Below are positions 1 through 14,210 of a stretch of DNA of 64,000 nt, piece by piece. The DNA is from Eledone cirrhosa. Its lineage: Eukaryota. Each line of letters opens with the position of its first letter. Within the stretch, counting starts at the first letter, position 1. A program made the position numbers and the translations under genes. The notes under the pieces are model-generated. The model was not told where the DNA came from, did no database searches, and saw nothing but the letters and a program-made list of their open reading frames with translations. The DNA lies in the NCBI GenBank assembly GCA_964016885.1, contig OZ024742.1, forward strand, positions 50,096,001 through 50,160,000. Direction: 5' to 3'.

Positions 1-379
1 CGGACACACATAAACTTAGCGGTTAAATGTCAAAATATTTAATTTACGTTATTTTAGGGTGAAGAATCAAAATGTTAGGTTTTAAAAGTTGATGGTTATT
101 TGTATTCATTTTATAAATTTTCTAAATTTTATAAATGTGTAACATTTCAAAAATTCGAAATTTTATGGAAACAAATTTAAAGGATTTACTAAGCCCGCGA
201 AAGAACAAGATATACTGTTCAATATTTACGTAAAGGTAATCTTTAACAAAATTACTAATAGCAGTGTCAACATTTCCGGTATGTATAATTTATGAAGTAC
301 TTACTTTTATAAATATCGAGGAATTTATTGTTAAATAAATATATTGTCTAAAGTATAATAATTAACGCAGAGTTTTCAG

Positions 380-380
<1 letters not shown>

Positions 381-460
<80 letters not shown>
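381..460. repeat. (TA)n(TG)n compound microsatellite, representative of dozens of similar tracts in the window
   Basis: Directly visible dinucleotide runs. Confidence 0.95.
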
Positions 461-461
<1 letters not shown>

Positions 462-2599
462 ATTTATCATAATAAGAGGACTATACATTATTATTTATTA
501 TATTATATTACATCATCATATTAGTTCTACCTTGAAGGGAAGAACGAACTCTAAATAATAAGAATAAGATAATTTATTTTTCTATCTCTGTTTTAAATCT
601 AACCTCTAACTTTTTACGGACCATATTTTGAACTGTTGATCATTCACGCGTTTACATTTTTTTGTTATATATATATATATATGTATTTTATTTTATAGTT
701 ATGCATGTATGAATCTAATTTCCTCTTAATTAACCTCTCTTTAATTATCTATCAGTTGCTTTCTCAAGCCCAAAACTTAAAAAATTATAACCCCAGAGAC
801 GTCTTCCTCTATAATCCTAATTGTAGTATCCCAGATTTTAAAAACTCTATAACTGTTACATTAAAGCAATGTTTTTCTTACTCACACCTTCTCTATTGAT
901 TCTATTACGTTTTCCCATGTTCTCATTATTAGGGTATAAATGTTGAGTTTTCTCATACGTTAATCACTACCTTGATAAAATCTTAACCATCTAACATCTC
1001 AGGTTATGTCATGTATCACTTTATTTTATCGTATGAAGACGTACTCTTGAACCTGATTCACGTACCACTGAAATATGTATAATAAAATTGAATTGATCCC
1101 AAGAACATCTATTTTATTAATATTTGAATTTAATATTATATATATATATATATACATAGTACTGTAATAGCGAAATATATAATACAACAAACTAATGACA
1201 ATTTTTTTTATATTTGCAAATTATGTAAGGTGTATATTGTCTATATCAACTCCAAGTCATAATATATATTTATTTATATTACATACATCATGAATGTGTG
1301 AAGGGAAGGCAAGGAAAGGGACTGCCATAAATTTCTCCGAAATAATTGTCTTTGTTTTCCATTGTTGAATGGCTGTGCAATTTCAGATTATGCCATTAAC
1401 ATACATATGTATATATATATATATCTATATATATATTTCTCTGCATATCACCTTACTTTCCTCTTCTTTTTGTCCCAATGGTCATGGAAGGTTTGTAATA
1501 TATGGCTCAAAGAAGGTGAACTGTGTAATGAAAGTTTACGTTTGTATTACTAGCGTGAAATGAAGAAGATATGGAATATTTTAATGTGTGTGATTGAATA
1601 AGCTCTTAAGTGCATTAGAACTGCTGCGTGTGAGTGTGTGTAAAATGAGTAAAACAATGTGACCACGAGTGGCGTGTTGAGGTGGGTGTGTGATGGGTAG
1701 GTGATGCTTTTCGTATACGTGTATGGAGAGCATGCGTATGTGAATAGTTTCATAGTACATAGGAGATGAAGGTTGTACTGTATAGAAATAACATAAGAAG
1801 AATATATATATGCACTTATGTTGGGGAAACTTAAACATATTTAAGTATGTGAGTAAGTTTGCTTGTAAATGTGTTTGTGTGTATGTGAGAGAGAGAGAGG
1901 GAGAGAGAGAGTGTGTGAGTGTGTGTTTGTGTGTGGGTACAAGTAGTAAAACATGGTGTTACATCGGTGTTTTCAAATGGTATAATGTATAGGTGAGGCT
2001 GTATATGAACACAGCCCCTTAACAGCATGTCGTACAAACATTACACACTCATTCACTCGCATTTAACATCCTTCACGTTCACATACACACATATATAAAT
2101 GCGTTGCAAATATTTCATTTAACTTTACTACCTACTCCCATATACCTCCTCCGCACATACTCAAATTCTACATAAACCACATTCTGAACTCCTAGGTGTG
2201 TAAATGCTTTACAACCCCACCTCTATTTTATGTCTTGCACAAACAATCGTCTAAAACTTTACTTTTTTGTCATGCGCACAAAGTCACACGTTCACAGTCT
2301 TCTTGACACACCTAACTCCCAAATAATGCACACATACAACACAGACGTATGTACGTACGTACACACATAACATACATACAGGCTTACATTCAAACATACG
2401 TACATACATACATACACACACACATACATACCTACGTAAATAAACTTGATACATTCATCATTTCACGTCACCTGCTTGTCTGGTAAATAAACCTACTTCA
2501 CACAAACATCACTTCCTTTCAATACTTCCTTCCACAATTGTTACCAGTACATTTTCTAAATATGTTGGTTGTTCTTGGTCACTATTTTTCTTTGAGCCT

Positions 2600-4700
2600 T
2601 CGTGTTTTCTTACGTTTCAATGTGTTGAGTCCTAATTCCTGGAATTATATGCTGCATGTTATTTAATCCAGCAAAATGAAGGATTAAACAAATAATACAC
2701 AGTTTATATATTCTTATGACATTTGCCTTTGGGTGCAATGTACCATTGTCAACCGTATTCTTTCGCATTAGTCTATCCAACTTCATATTTTTTATTTGTT
2801 CCATTTCAAAATAGCTGCACTACATCCAATAACTGTCATATCTCATATATTGATAGCGATAATCAACATTTTCCCATTCAATTTCGTTTTCAGTAGTAGT
2901 TCTAACTTATTTTGAAAGACTTCCTTCACATTTCCTTCCGTCGTCTCCTTTAGAACTTTGTCAAAATCTAAATTCGCCAGATATTCATACTCACTATCCT
3001 CAGGCTCACCAAGTGACGATCTATCAGGTAACGCAATCCCGCCAATGTACACACATACCTCTCTCCATAGTAAGAGTGGAACACATTGCAATGCCAAACT
3101 CAAATCCAATATCATCGAAATACCAGTGGACAGTTTTGACCCGTGAGCCAACCTGAGATTCATTCATGTCAAAGAGATTCATATCATCCATGAACAGGTT
3201 TTCTGTTTTCCATGAGTTAGCCAGTATCTGTATCCCGTAAGACCATTGATATTGAAATCATGGCAATCACAAAAAGCAACGATAAAAAGGAATCTCCTTG
3301 AAATGTTTCTCTTTTTCATTGATCACACAGAGGAGCCTATTCCCTGCATGTAGGTTTGTCTGCCGCACATACACGCTAGACTCTAGTATATTGATAACAC
3401 AGTCCGCTATCCCAAACATTTCCAAAAGTTCTATGTGAATGTGAAACCATATCAAACTTTTTCTTAAAATCTATCGAAGCCCTGCCTAAATATCTTAGAC
3501 ATATTTTGGAGTTATTTATGATCACCTTATCGACAGCAAGTTGGTTTCGGTTCCATGGGAAATTTTCCTACATCCTTCTGTTCGCCAGGTAGCAAATTTT
3601 TATGAAACCAGTGATCATACCCGTCTGCAGCAAAGATGCCAGTCAACAGATACCAACATAAAGGCAGGCAAGCAACTAACGGATCATTCGTTATACTCCT
3701 CATTATCAAAATTGTCTTTCCTTCAACCATTCCACTTGAAACTTCTAATGGCACAGCACAGTCAAATCGGTGCTTCCCTAGCCTTCAATGAACACATGTA
3801 AATATTTTCAACCAGAATCCTGGGATACGATCTAGTCCAATGGATTTCGAGTTTGGCATGTTCCTAACTTACTCTTGAACGTCATGCTTTGAAATTCATT
3901 CCCATATCTCTTTTGGTTCATTACATAACTTATGCTTCACTTCCTTTATACATCTCACATCCTTGTAGTATCCCCTTGAAATCGCCTACAGATTTAACCA
4001 AAATTATCTGGATTCCACAGAACAGCTTCAAACAGTTCTTTCTCCAACAGTTTTCTAAAGAAAATTTTCTGATTTGCAGAGAACAATTTTCTCTCCGTAT
4101 TGTATTTGTCTATTTGTATAGCGACAAACGATTTTGCCTTAATTCGCGGTTTCACTACTTCCAGCAATACACTGAAGCATTTAAACTTTATTTTATACCT
4201 CATGTCCATTAGTCGTTTTCCCCCTACTTTAGCCCTTTTTTATTTTTCTCTATGAGGTTAATCCATTTTCCCTAGATCTTTTCTGAGCAGGGTTCCTTAC
4301 ATTTCCTCCTTTCTTCTTTTCTTCTTCGATTTTATTTCTTGCTCTTCTGCATTTTCATTGTCTTTTAAACTTTCTATGTTCACATCATCCCATGTTATTC
4401 TCCACTCCCTCTGGATTTAATGTTTCATAAATTTTCCCTTATCTGCATTTTGGTAGACAAATTCCTTCTCAGTTGATTCATTTTCAATGTGATCTCTGCT
4501 TCCCACTTATCAGATTGGCTTCATCTATGTTACCTTCAATATTTACCCCTTCATGATTTATACTTCAACGTCCATGGCCTCTAATTAAACCTTGGTGAGT
4601 GAATTACTGCATCTAGGTTTCCCTATCTATCCCATATCATTGGTCACACTGATTTCAAACATTCCAAATTTTTCCCATCGTAGAACGACCGTTTACCACA
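2600..4700 (-). mobile_element. Old, heavily decayed R4/Dong-type non-LTR retrotransposon (RT region)
   Basis: Collinear minus-strand fragments: ACLPLCWYLLTGIF..NLLPGEQK (3527-3754), ELLEMFGIA (3267-3455), LLKTKLNGKMLIIAIN (2843-3163), LDRLMRK..LHPKANVIRIY (2610-2804). Same motif order as the better-preserved R4 element at 47.6-51 kb. Confidence 0.75.
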
Positions 4701-6165
4701 GCAATCTGCTGCACCATTTTTCGAAAGGATGTGAAACTTCATCGCAATTTTGTTACTTTCATAACTCCATGTACTTCAGTCTCCGGTCTCATTGTTTTAC
4801 TTTCCTGTTGTTATAATCTATGGTTTAGTTTGTGATACATTTGCATGATGAGTATATGTTGACACATGTGTTCTCCGAGGTCAGCTGAAAACAGCTCTAC
4901 TCCCGTCACACTTGGCCTACTCGAAGGGTTCACTTATGATTACATCTGAGTGTCCCACATCAAGATTTCCACCCTGATAAGTTGAATTCATATTTCTTGT
5001 CAGCATCATTTTCCTGAAATTTGAACTTATGTGGTTGTGCAACTACCGTGAGGATATTGTGTACACCGCCACGAGGAAGGTAATAAAACCAAGATAATGA
5101 CACCTTCCTGGTCTTTTGGTTGTTACCATTGTTATTATTTCTGTTGCTACTAGTGCCTGTTCCAGCTATCACTGAGACAGTGACTGTGCTGGTGTTTACA
5201 GTGGTGCTAGAGTCGGTGGTGTTGGGGAAGCTATTGTTTGAAACAGTTTCGTTATTTGAAATGTTTCTCTCACGGCGCAGCTGTTAGTGTTGTTTTTTTT
5301 TTGTTTTGTTGCACGGGTGCTACTGTCTGGGTGAAGATCTGCGGCACTTGTCTATAAATAGAATGTGCCGACTTTTGTATTCATGTCAGGTAGGGCGTCT
5401 AATGAACTTGTTGTTAAGTTATCGTCTTTGTAGCTACCTTGTCTAGCTATAGTGAATGTGTTCTTATCATTGTTGATGGATATACTTTTTTTAATTCAGC
5501 GGGAGTTTGGTCCTTTTGTGTTCGGGTTTGGTGTATATGTATATATATATGCATATAAGAGAGCATCAGTTAAAGAGTTAAATATTCAGTTGGACATTCA
5601 CACTTCTGGCATATGCCATCTCTCTATGAATAATCGCCATTCAGCAGAAAATAGCTTAAAACAGGTTTGCTAATTCAACAGTTCATACATATCTTTACTA
5701 GTTGTAAAATTTGCAAACACTTCAATTTTCAATCACATAACCAGCCAGCCAATATTATCAGACAACATCTTATGTAGAAAAGTTATAATTCCGAGGCTAT
5801 CCAATCTAAAGACATAGACATGGACAAATTTAATGTTTTCATTGCCGATGCCCGATGTCCTGCAAGCAGCTAGGGCCACAGAGACAAGGCTTTCTCACAT
5901 ACCAATGCCACAGCCGGTGATATATAATGACCACAGTGTTCAATTATGTCTAAAGGTTTCTAGTTTACTGCGTTAATGTATCTATCACATTATATTGAAG
6001 GGGAAATAAACAATAATTCACTCATCGAAATAAGATGTTGACCCATCAAAACACAGAGGTAGAAGGTAGAGAGATACATTCCAACGCACGATTTATGGTT
6101 TACTAATCCCGGCGTCTGCAGAACGAGATCCAAGCAGTAAACTAGAACATCATAGAGTCACGTTC

Positions 6166-6313
6166 TTTTACGTTCTGAGTTCAAATCCCATTGATGTTAA
6201 CTTTGCCTTTCATTCTTATGGGAGTCTACAAAATAAAGTACCAGTAACGCACTGGAGTCGATGTAATCGGCTTGCTCTCCTAGAAAATGTTGGTCTTGTG
6301 TCTAAACCAGAAA
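6166..6313 (+). mobile_element. SINE copy (octopus-type tRNA-derived family)
   Basis: TTTACGTTCTGAGTTCAAATCCC..CTTTGCCTTTCAT..AATAAAGTACCAGT..CACTGGAGTCGATGTAATCG with a B-box-like GTTCAAAT; recurs several times in the window; family identity from recall. Confidence 0.75.
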
Positions 6314-6772
6314 TGACAAGTTCAGAGAAAAGTGAGCAGAACTTTATTAATATGAGTATATCTTACCGGTTGTATAGGAAGAGGACTGGCAATGTTAGAT
6401 TTATTTGTCAACATAGTACCAGGAAATAAACAATGTAGTTATTAATAAGAACATTTTAAATTCATGCATTCGAGATTTTACGGCACTAGCATCATTCCTT
6501 CACAGGCAGCCCATGAAACATTCAGCCAACTCTCATATATATATATTTATAAATCAGAAGTGTAATTCAACAGGTTAAAATTAACTTCGATTATTCAGAG
6601 TCGCTGTTATATATATTTCTGTGATAACCAATATGCAATAGCTATGACCTTATCAGACAGCTAGAATTTGAACAGAATGAGCAGAAAAAACATAACGATG
6701 GAATAAAGCTTTCTAAGATTTTTTCATATGCTCAGTGCTTGTTATCAAAACACCGGTCGAATATATATGTAT

Positions 6773-6913
6773 AACGAAGGAATTGTGGTAAGGAACCAGA
6801 TGGACCTTAATGCACAAGAGTAGTCGATACTTAAGGTAGTAGAGAGGGTATTTCTGGAGTCCAGAAATAGCCGTCGAAACGGCTTGAGCTCTGCCGTCGG
6901 GGTCATACCTTTT

Positions 6914-6917
<4 letters not shown>
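6773..6917. mobile_element. Collapsed fold-back remnant of the Naiad-like PLE family (pLTR ends only)
   Basis: Starts AACGAAGGAATTGTGGTAAGGAACC, inverts at TATTTCTGGA/GTCCAGAAATA, ends GCCGTCGGGGTCATAC; same termini as 18196, 38165 and 51210; flanked by TA repeats. Confidence 0.8.
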
Positions 6918-6982
<65 letters not shown>

Positions 6983-6984
<2 letters not shown>

Positions 6985-7190
6985 TTAATATAGATGAGAT
7001 GATTCTACAGGACTAGAACTGTTTCATTCTTTAGAAATCATCAGTATATGGCTGTGGACAGCCAGGTACTGATGATTTCTAAAGAATGAAACAATTCTAG
7101 TCCTGTAGGATCTTATCTATATTAAAATTTTTATACTCTGCTATGTATTGAGTACCTTACTTACTGTGGTTACCTCCGATTCAACCCGGA
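6983..7190 (+). mobile_element. Fold-back PLE pLTR fragment with hammerhead core
   Basis: Inverted arms about 6983-7046 and 7067-7128; CTGATGA (7069-7075)..GAAAC..GTC (7100-7102); homologous copy at about 38750-38877. Confidence 0.65.
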
Positions 7191-7194
7191 ATAA

Positions 7195-7419
7195 CGCAAA
7201 AGAATGACCATCCACCACCAACAAATCCGGGACGCTAGCACAAGAAAAATCCCCTTGAGCAGCCATATTGCGAACTGCGCAGGAATGACACTACCCAACT
7301 TTAAAATCTTCCCCTTCTACAAGTGCTCAGATTCGTTCACACAGCAACAAAGAATAAACAAAGAAAATCTATTCCTTAACAAATTTAAACCAAAACTAAA
7401 CGGGTTATCACCCCTATAG
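7195..7419 (+). pseudogene. C-terminal GIY-YIG endonuclease fragment of a Penelope-like element
   Basis: RMTIHHQQIR..PLSSHIANC..FKIFPFYK..RINKENLFLNKFKPKLN matches the R..H / H / E / LN tail of PLE GIY-YIG. Confidence 0.7.
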
Positions 7420-7929
7420 AATTGTCATAAAATATAAACACACATATGCACGGAATCACTACTATTAAAGACCAGAGACCAATTCTGTAGAATCAGGTTT
7501 ATTCGTTAACAGACCATTCCTTTGTGTGACCAACACATCCATGTTAAACCCTGCACGTGCACACACATATATCTATATATATATGCGCACACAGAATTCA
7601 CCACTGTCGGTTGCGGGGCCCAATCTACATGAAGAACTCAATGTGATCAGAATGACTTGTATTTTAATTTCACTGCCCTAACTTCTTTTATTATGGAAAC
7701 AATATATGTGTATGTATGTATATATATATATTTGGAGGCCATTTCTCTGTGTGTGGGTGTATGTATGTGTATGTGTGTGTGTGTGTGTGTGTGTGAGCAT
7801 GTGGATGTATGTATTGTGTGTGCGTGTGTGTGTTTGTATGTGTGTATGTATATATATGTGTGTGTGTATGTATGTGTGGGTGTGTGTATATATGTGTATG
7901 TATATGTGTGTATATATATGTATGTACAC

Positions 7930-8005
<76 letters not shown>

Positions 8006-8405
8006 ATGTACATATATGTGTGTGTGTATGTATGTGTGTATATGTATATATATATATATATATATGTGTATGTATATGTATATGTATGTATGTGTGGATG
8101 AAGGTATGTGTGTATATATAGGTGTAAGTGCACTAAATCCCTTTCTATCAATCTCCCCTCTCCTACCGAGCACAGGAAGATATATGTATGTATATTGCTT
8201 CCACCCCTCACTGACCAGCAGCTGGCCATCTGGCCATTGCTAAATTTGACCTTTATAAAATAACCCACACCCCCAAATAACTTCTCATTCACTACCAGAA
8301 GCAGTCAACGAGATGCTACCAAGATGAAAACTACTATGAAATCCCACAATTAATTTTATACTTGAATTTTCAAATCTCAAATTTTAACTCTTCTTATTAT
8401 TAATT

Positions 8406-8445
<40 letters not shown>

Positions 8446-8447
8446 CA

Positions 8448-8708
8448 TAGAATAAAGAATGCAAATGCAAAAGATATTGTTGACAATTAGTCTTTTACCT
8501 TAAATTCATTTAAATGTCCTAATTGACTTGGCAAGCTATTTAGAACACTGGTTTAACCGCTTTACTTCCCTCTGAAGAAGAGAGATTATCTCGAAAATTA
8601 AGTACATTTAAATAAATCTAAGGTAAAAGACTAATTGTCAACAATATCTTTTGCATTTGCATTCTTTATTCTATGTCCATACCTGCATTCTTTTGGCTTT
8701 ATTATACA
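8448..8708. mobile_element. Short non-autonomous fold-back derivative of the PLE at 32-34 kb
   Basis: Inverted arms (AGAATAAAGAATGCAAATGCAAAAGATATTG.. / ..CAATATCTTTTGCATTTGCATTCTTTATTCT); sequence shared with 32030-32170 and 34180-34360; flanked by TA repeats; CTGAAGA..GAAA at 8572-8596. Confidence 0.75.
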
Positions 8709-8717
8709 TATACACAC

Positions 8718-8768
<51 letters not shown>

Positions 8769-8769
8769 C

Positions 8770-8800
<31 letters not shown>

Positions 8801-8933
8801 TATGCATATGCAATTATCGTCGTTGAATCATGCCGTCTAAATTTAACGGGAAAAATATGTTGGTAAATTGGTGTAATTGACTATTTCACTAAGTTGAAAA
8901 GGGTCGATTCGAATACATTGCATGCTGATGCCC

Positions 8934-8994
<61 letters not shown>

Positions 8995-9369
8995 ATATAT
9001 ATTATATGCATATATACACAATGTCCCCAAAAATGTATACACGCTTCAACAGCATCCTAATCAAAGTCAATATACATTTTTGGAGGACACCCTTTGTACA
9101 TATATATATATATATATAGTTACTTCGGGTTTACAAATAATTCACAAAACATGTCTATGGACTTATATATACAAGGAATCTTGGCTACATATAAATTCAT
9201 TAGAAAAGTGCTTTTCACAAGTGGTGCATGAGATGATTAAAATCTGGGCGGACACTCTGCCATCTTTCATAACATTTAGATATTCTTTTATATATATCAT
9301 TCCATTAAAATATAATTAAATTATTTTATGTTATATTATAACGTCTAATTAATAATTTTATTAATAAGA

Positions 9370-9580
9370 TTGGCATTATCTCTCGAGCGTCGGTAAACAT
9401 GCTTTGTGGCATAGGGCATAGAGTTACATCCCTTTACGTTCTGAGTTCAAATCCCATCGATGTTAGCTTTGCCTTTCATTCTTACCTTGTCTACAAAATA
9501 AAGTACCAGTAACGCACTGGAGTCGATGTAATCGACTTTCCCTCCTAGAAAATGTTAGTATTCTGTCTAAATCAGAAATT
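9370..9580 (+). mobile_element. SINE copy
   Basis: Same core as 6166-6313 plus a 5' head (TGGCA..AGCGTCGG..ATGCTTTG). Confidence 0.75.
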
Positions 9581-10521
9581 ACATGTTCAGAGAAAAGAGA
9601 GTAGAAATTTATTAATATTTGTGATGATTGCATGGGTGTGTATGTGGCCTAGTATCTTTCAGTTTAATAACCACGTTAAACATACAACTTGAAAGTTTCC
9701 CTTAAATGAATATTTTACATTTAAAAAAAATAGAAAATTGCTGACAGTCACTGCTCGTATACTTTTGAAGATAGATTTGCTGACTAGGCTTTAAACAACA
9801 ACTACTCAACTACAACACAAACGGCAACAAGACCAACAATAAATTGAGCATTAACAAAATCTTGATTGTTCCGTGTAATGTTCTGTATATTTTCTCTGCA
9901 AAATTATGTTTATACTTTGATAACGTATATAAAAACGTTCAGGTTTCTGAAGCGAATTTAGGTTTGATAACATAAAAAAAGTAGCGTAGCTTTGAAATGT
10001 GAATTAGCGTCCACTTCAATCATGGAAATATATAGATATATTTAACTGGCAACGATTGGGAAAAATACATTCCTAACATAACTATATATGAGAATATATT
10101 TACGAACGCAATAAGTGGAAATTGTACACACACACACACACACATATACACCTCCACACACACACATATATATATATATAGAGAGAGAGAGAGGAGGGAG
10201 GAGAATAAAAGGGTTCGCTTCAGCATAGCTGTATACTTATAAGTACATATATATATACACCTTTCTATTTCTTGCTCATTCTGAGCAGTCTACAGCTCCG
10301 TAAGTTCCAGCAGAAAGTGAGGTAAAGTGGTCCATTACCTTGATAACGAACATGATTTAGGCACAGTCGTCTGCCGGAAGTCACTTTGTGACACTCTGCC
10401 ACCATCTTTCAAAACTCATAATTAAATGCTTCCAAATGTGTCTTCGTAAACATGCCGTATATTATTAGATATACCAAATACACACACACATACACGCGTG
10501 CGCGCGCGCGCACAGACCCCC

Positions 10522-10603
<82 letters not shown>

Positions 10604-11469
10604 CCAACAACACTATGGAAAATCATATTCCGTTACACACAGACAGCTTAATTCTTACATGAATGAACATGGTATCCATGGAGAAATTTCGGCACAATAT
10701 AATTTACTGGGCAAGTGAAGAAAGAATATATGATATGTGTCCAAGAAGTTTGAAGTAATCGCAAATCTGGATCACGAGCAAAGGCTACCTCGTAGCTCTT
10801 TATACTCTATGTAAATGTTAAATCATGATTACATAAAACAAACGAAACTGATAATAGAACATGAAAGGAAATATATAGGTATTTCTTTAATGGAAGGATA
10901 TATAATATACATTACGAACTGCCATTATCCTGAGAAGAGTCATATATGTAATTTTGCTACATATGACTTGAAGGTACCTCCAAGTATATATATAGGCACA
11001 CGTATATAAAAAAATTACTAGAAATGATTAATGTGAACAATGAGTTTAAAAGTTGTAAATTTATGATTGAAACTTGTAAAATGACAATTCAAGAACGATA
11101 GTTTTACCGCAGATTCGGTCTGCTTACACAACAACTAGCAATTTTAATGCTTTGCATCACATATGAAACGGAATTGTTAATAGAAGAATGAAAATAATAC
11201 TTCCTTATCGTGTAGTATTTACCAAAATATTAGATGATTAATTACGAATAGCAAAACTATTAACAAAAGAAAATTCCCAAATAAATGCACGTATGTACGA
11301 TTCATATACGATTCACAAATAAAAATATTCAAAAGATATTCCTTGATGTTTGAAAGAAAATAATCAGGGCTCAATGGAGAATTTCTCAAATGCTATAGTA
11401 AAGAGGAACACAAGTTATGCAAAGAGGGAGTATATAATCGGTATGAAATCAACATATTACAGTTATTTT

Positions 11470-12200
11470 CAGGGCGATAGATATCTTGAATGAAAGCATC
11501 CTAGTCTTTCTTCTTCTATTCATATGACATGCACAATAGCTAGAGAGGCTGGTCGTGATCGGCGAGCCGAACCAAGGTGTTATTTGCGGTATAATGGATA
11601 GCCTCTAGTGCGACGGGAAAACGTCTGATTGGCAAATCCGAACAGCATGTGGTACTGTCTGGTCAGGGTCCCCATAGTCACATGTTGGGCAGTCTTTCAT
11701 TTTCCATCGATGGAGATGATGGGCTCTCCTGGCATGTGTTGGACGAATACAATTATGGCACAACCATCGCTTTCTAGAAAGGTTAAAGCCGGCTGGTTTA
11801 GATTTGAGGTCCTGGATTAAGTCATGGTTGGCTAATATGGACTAATTCGGTGATCACTGTCACTCTTCCTTCAGATCAAAGTTATTGTCTTGAAAGGGCT
11901 TCATTGATTCTGAGAATAGTTTGTATGATTTCATGCGTATGTTGGGGAGGTTTACCAGGTCAACGTGGATGGGTAGGCTGGGCTTGGAATTGCACTTTGC
12001 AAGAAGTCGTTTATATACCACGTTCGCATACTGTCGAAGGCTACTTCGGTTATCATCATTCTGATGTCGTACTCCTTAGTTATACATCTATTTATTGGGT
12101 TTATTCTAATTTGGAAAAACTCAGCGTATACGTATTTCAACACATCGTAGTTTAGATGATCCCTTGTTACATACAACATGCGTAGGACATGTTATAGAAA
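11470..12200 (-). pseudogene. Very decayed Penelope-like RT remnant
   Basis: Minus-strand traces resembling KADKG.AI (RKDGCAII), TMGT and RYL in PLE RT order; many stops and frameshifts. Confidence 0.45.
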
Positions 12201-12444
12201 TAAGGGGGCATTATTGCATTTGCTTATATCATCTGACAAATATGTCGAAATAACCTTCAGAGAAGAAGGTTAACTAAGGGAATGCTGCGTGAGCTAAATA
12301 TATCAGTGATATAACATTTTTCAAGGAGTTTCATTATTTGCAAGTAAACATGTTACACACTCTCCCCCGCACACAATCACACATACACACACTTATATAT
12401 ATGTGTACATATATATATGTGTTCATATATATATATATGTACAT

Positions 12445-12502
<58 letters not shown>

Positions 12503-12537
12503 TCATATACATACACATGTATTTATATGTATCTATC

Positions 12538-12611
<74 letters not shown>

Positions 12612-13073
12612 CGTGTGTGCGTGTGTGTGTGTGTGTCTGTGTGTGTGTGTGCGTGCGTGCTGACGCCATGTAAACTGTATTTTGTTCGTTATTCGCATTG
12701 CTCCATTACCTACCAATCAATTCCAAGTCGCGAAAGCAAATTCCTTTTATTTAACTCACCATCACCTCACAGAAACATGTTGGGTATGCTGAAAATAAAA
12801 GGTGAGATATGGTTTACACCAAGACGGTGCTGAAATAACTGGTTAAATAATTAATACGGGAAAAGAATAAGTAAGACAAGAAAAAATAATACAGAACACG
12901 TAAGGATAAACACTAATCTTTACTGATTGTATCTTTGTACGTCAAACTTGGTTGCACTTCTTTGCTTGCAGAATATACACCAGGCTTTATAAATTAATGT
13001 ACTTTGTTACCGATGACATGCATGACATCATGCGTTTATATGGACTGAACTACAATAAAACAACTATGAGAAT

Positions 13074-13152
13074 TACATCATCATAATCCTCTACATCATC
13101 ATCATAACCTACATCATCATCATAGCCATCATCATCATCATTATCAGCATCG

Positions 13153-13190
<38 letters not shown>

Positions 13191-13207
13191 TTCATCGTCA
13201 TCATCAT

Positions 13208-13246
<39 letters not shown>

Positions 13247-13672
13247 CAGCATCATGATCATCAACATCTTTAGCGTCAGAATCACCATCATCATCATGAT
13301 CATCAACTTTGTTATCGCCATCATCTTTAACCCTCTTATATAATTGGTATATACACATTACAGCGTATGGAAACATAATATATATCGTATGATTATATGA
13401 ATTGGACTGAAATAAAAGAAATCCGTAACAATTACATTATCATCATCGTAATCATCATGATCATCATGATCATCATGATCATGATCACCATCATCACCAT
13501 CATCATCAGCATCATCCTCATCGGCATCATTACCATCATCGTGATCATTATCGTAATGGACATTATCACCATCAACAGCACATCCATAATAATCGACTTC
13601 CCCTTCCTCATCACCATTAGAAAAAACTCCGTAATCAACATCATCATCATCAATGTTGTCATCACCATCATC
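13074..13672. repeat. Degenerate (ATC)n/(GAT)n trinucleotide region
   Basis: Visible ATC runs; source of the poly-D and poly-M pseudo-ORFs. Confidence 0.9.
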
Positions 13673-14210
13673 TTTAATTGGTATAAATAAATTTAAACCC
13701 ATGGAGAGATAATATAGAGATATTGTGACCACTGCGGGAATTCGATAATTTGTTGTTGTTGGTGCATAGCTATTACAAATCAACTGACTAAACTAGACTC
13801 TGTCTCTGCATAATTATTCGATCTTCTACAAATAGAATCCACATCTCTTTCAAATTCTACCTCATTGATTTATACAACGGCAGCGTACATTATATCATGT
13901 AAGACTACATACCAGTAAAATGGTTGGTTTAGAATAAGTGTATTCAGATGTTTGTGAAGTGGGAGTAAAAAACAACAAAATCTACCCCGTTCATAATCAA
14001 CCGCATTCTGTTAGATATATCAGCGAAATCTCTAAACACGTTACACCCACAATCCTGAACATATGAAAAATACTCAGAACAAGGCAACCGTGGATATTTG
14101 AAAATAAGTATGAGTGGCTATAGCTGGAATGATTGTATATCATCGGATATGTTAAATCGTGACTAAACAAGAACCTCAAATATAAAATCTCCTATGGGAT
14201 AAATCATACC

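Noticed and set aside
10620-11100. Possible Naiad GIY-YIG remnant (KYIGIS) and a similar tail near 700-1130
   Set aside because: Too decayed to support as a feature without alignment
13050-13783. Poly-Asp ORFs resembling acidic biomineralisation proteins
   Set aside because: Arise from a degenerate (GAT)n tract with several frames open; no signal peptide or exon evidence
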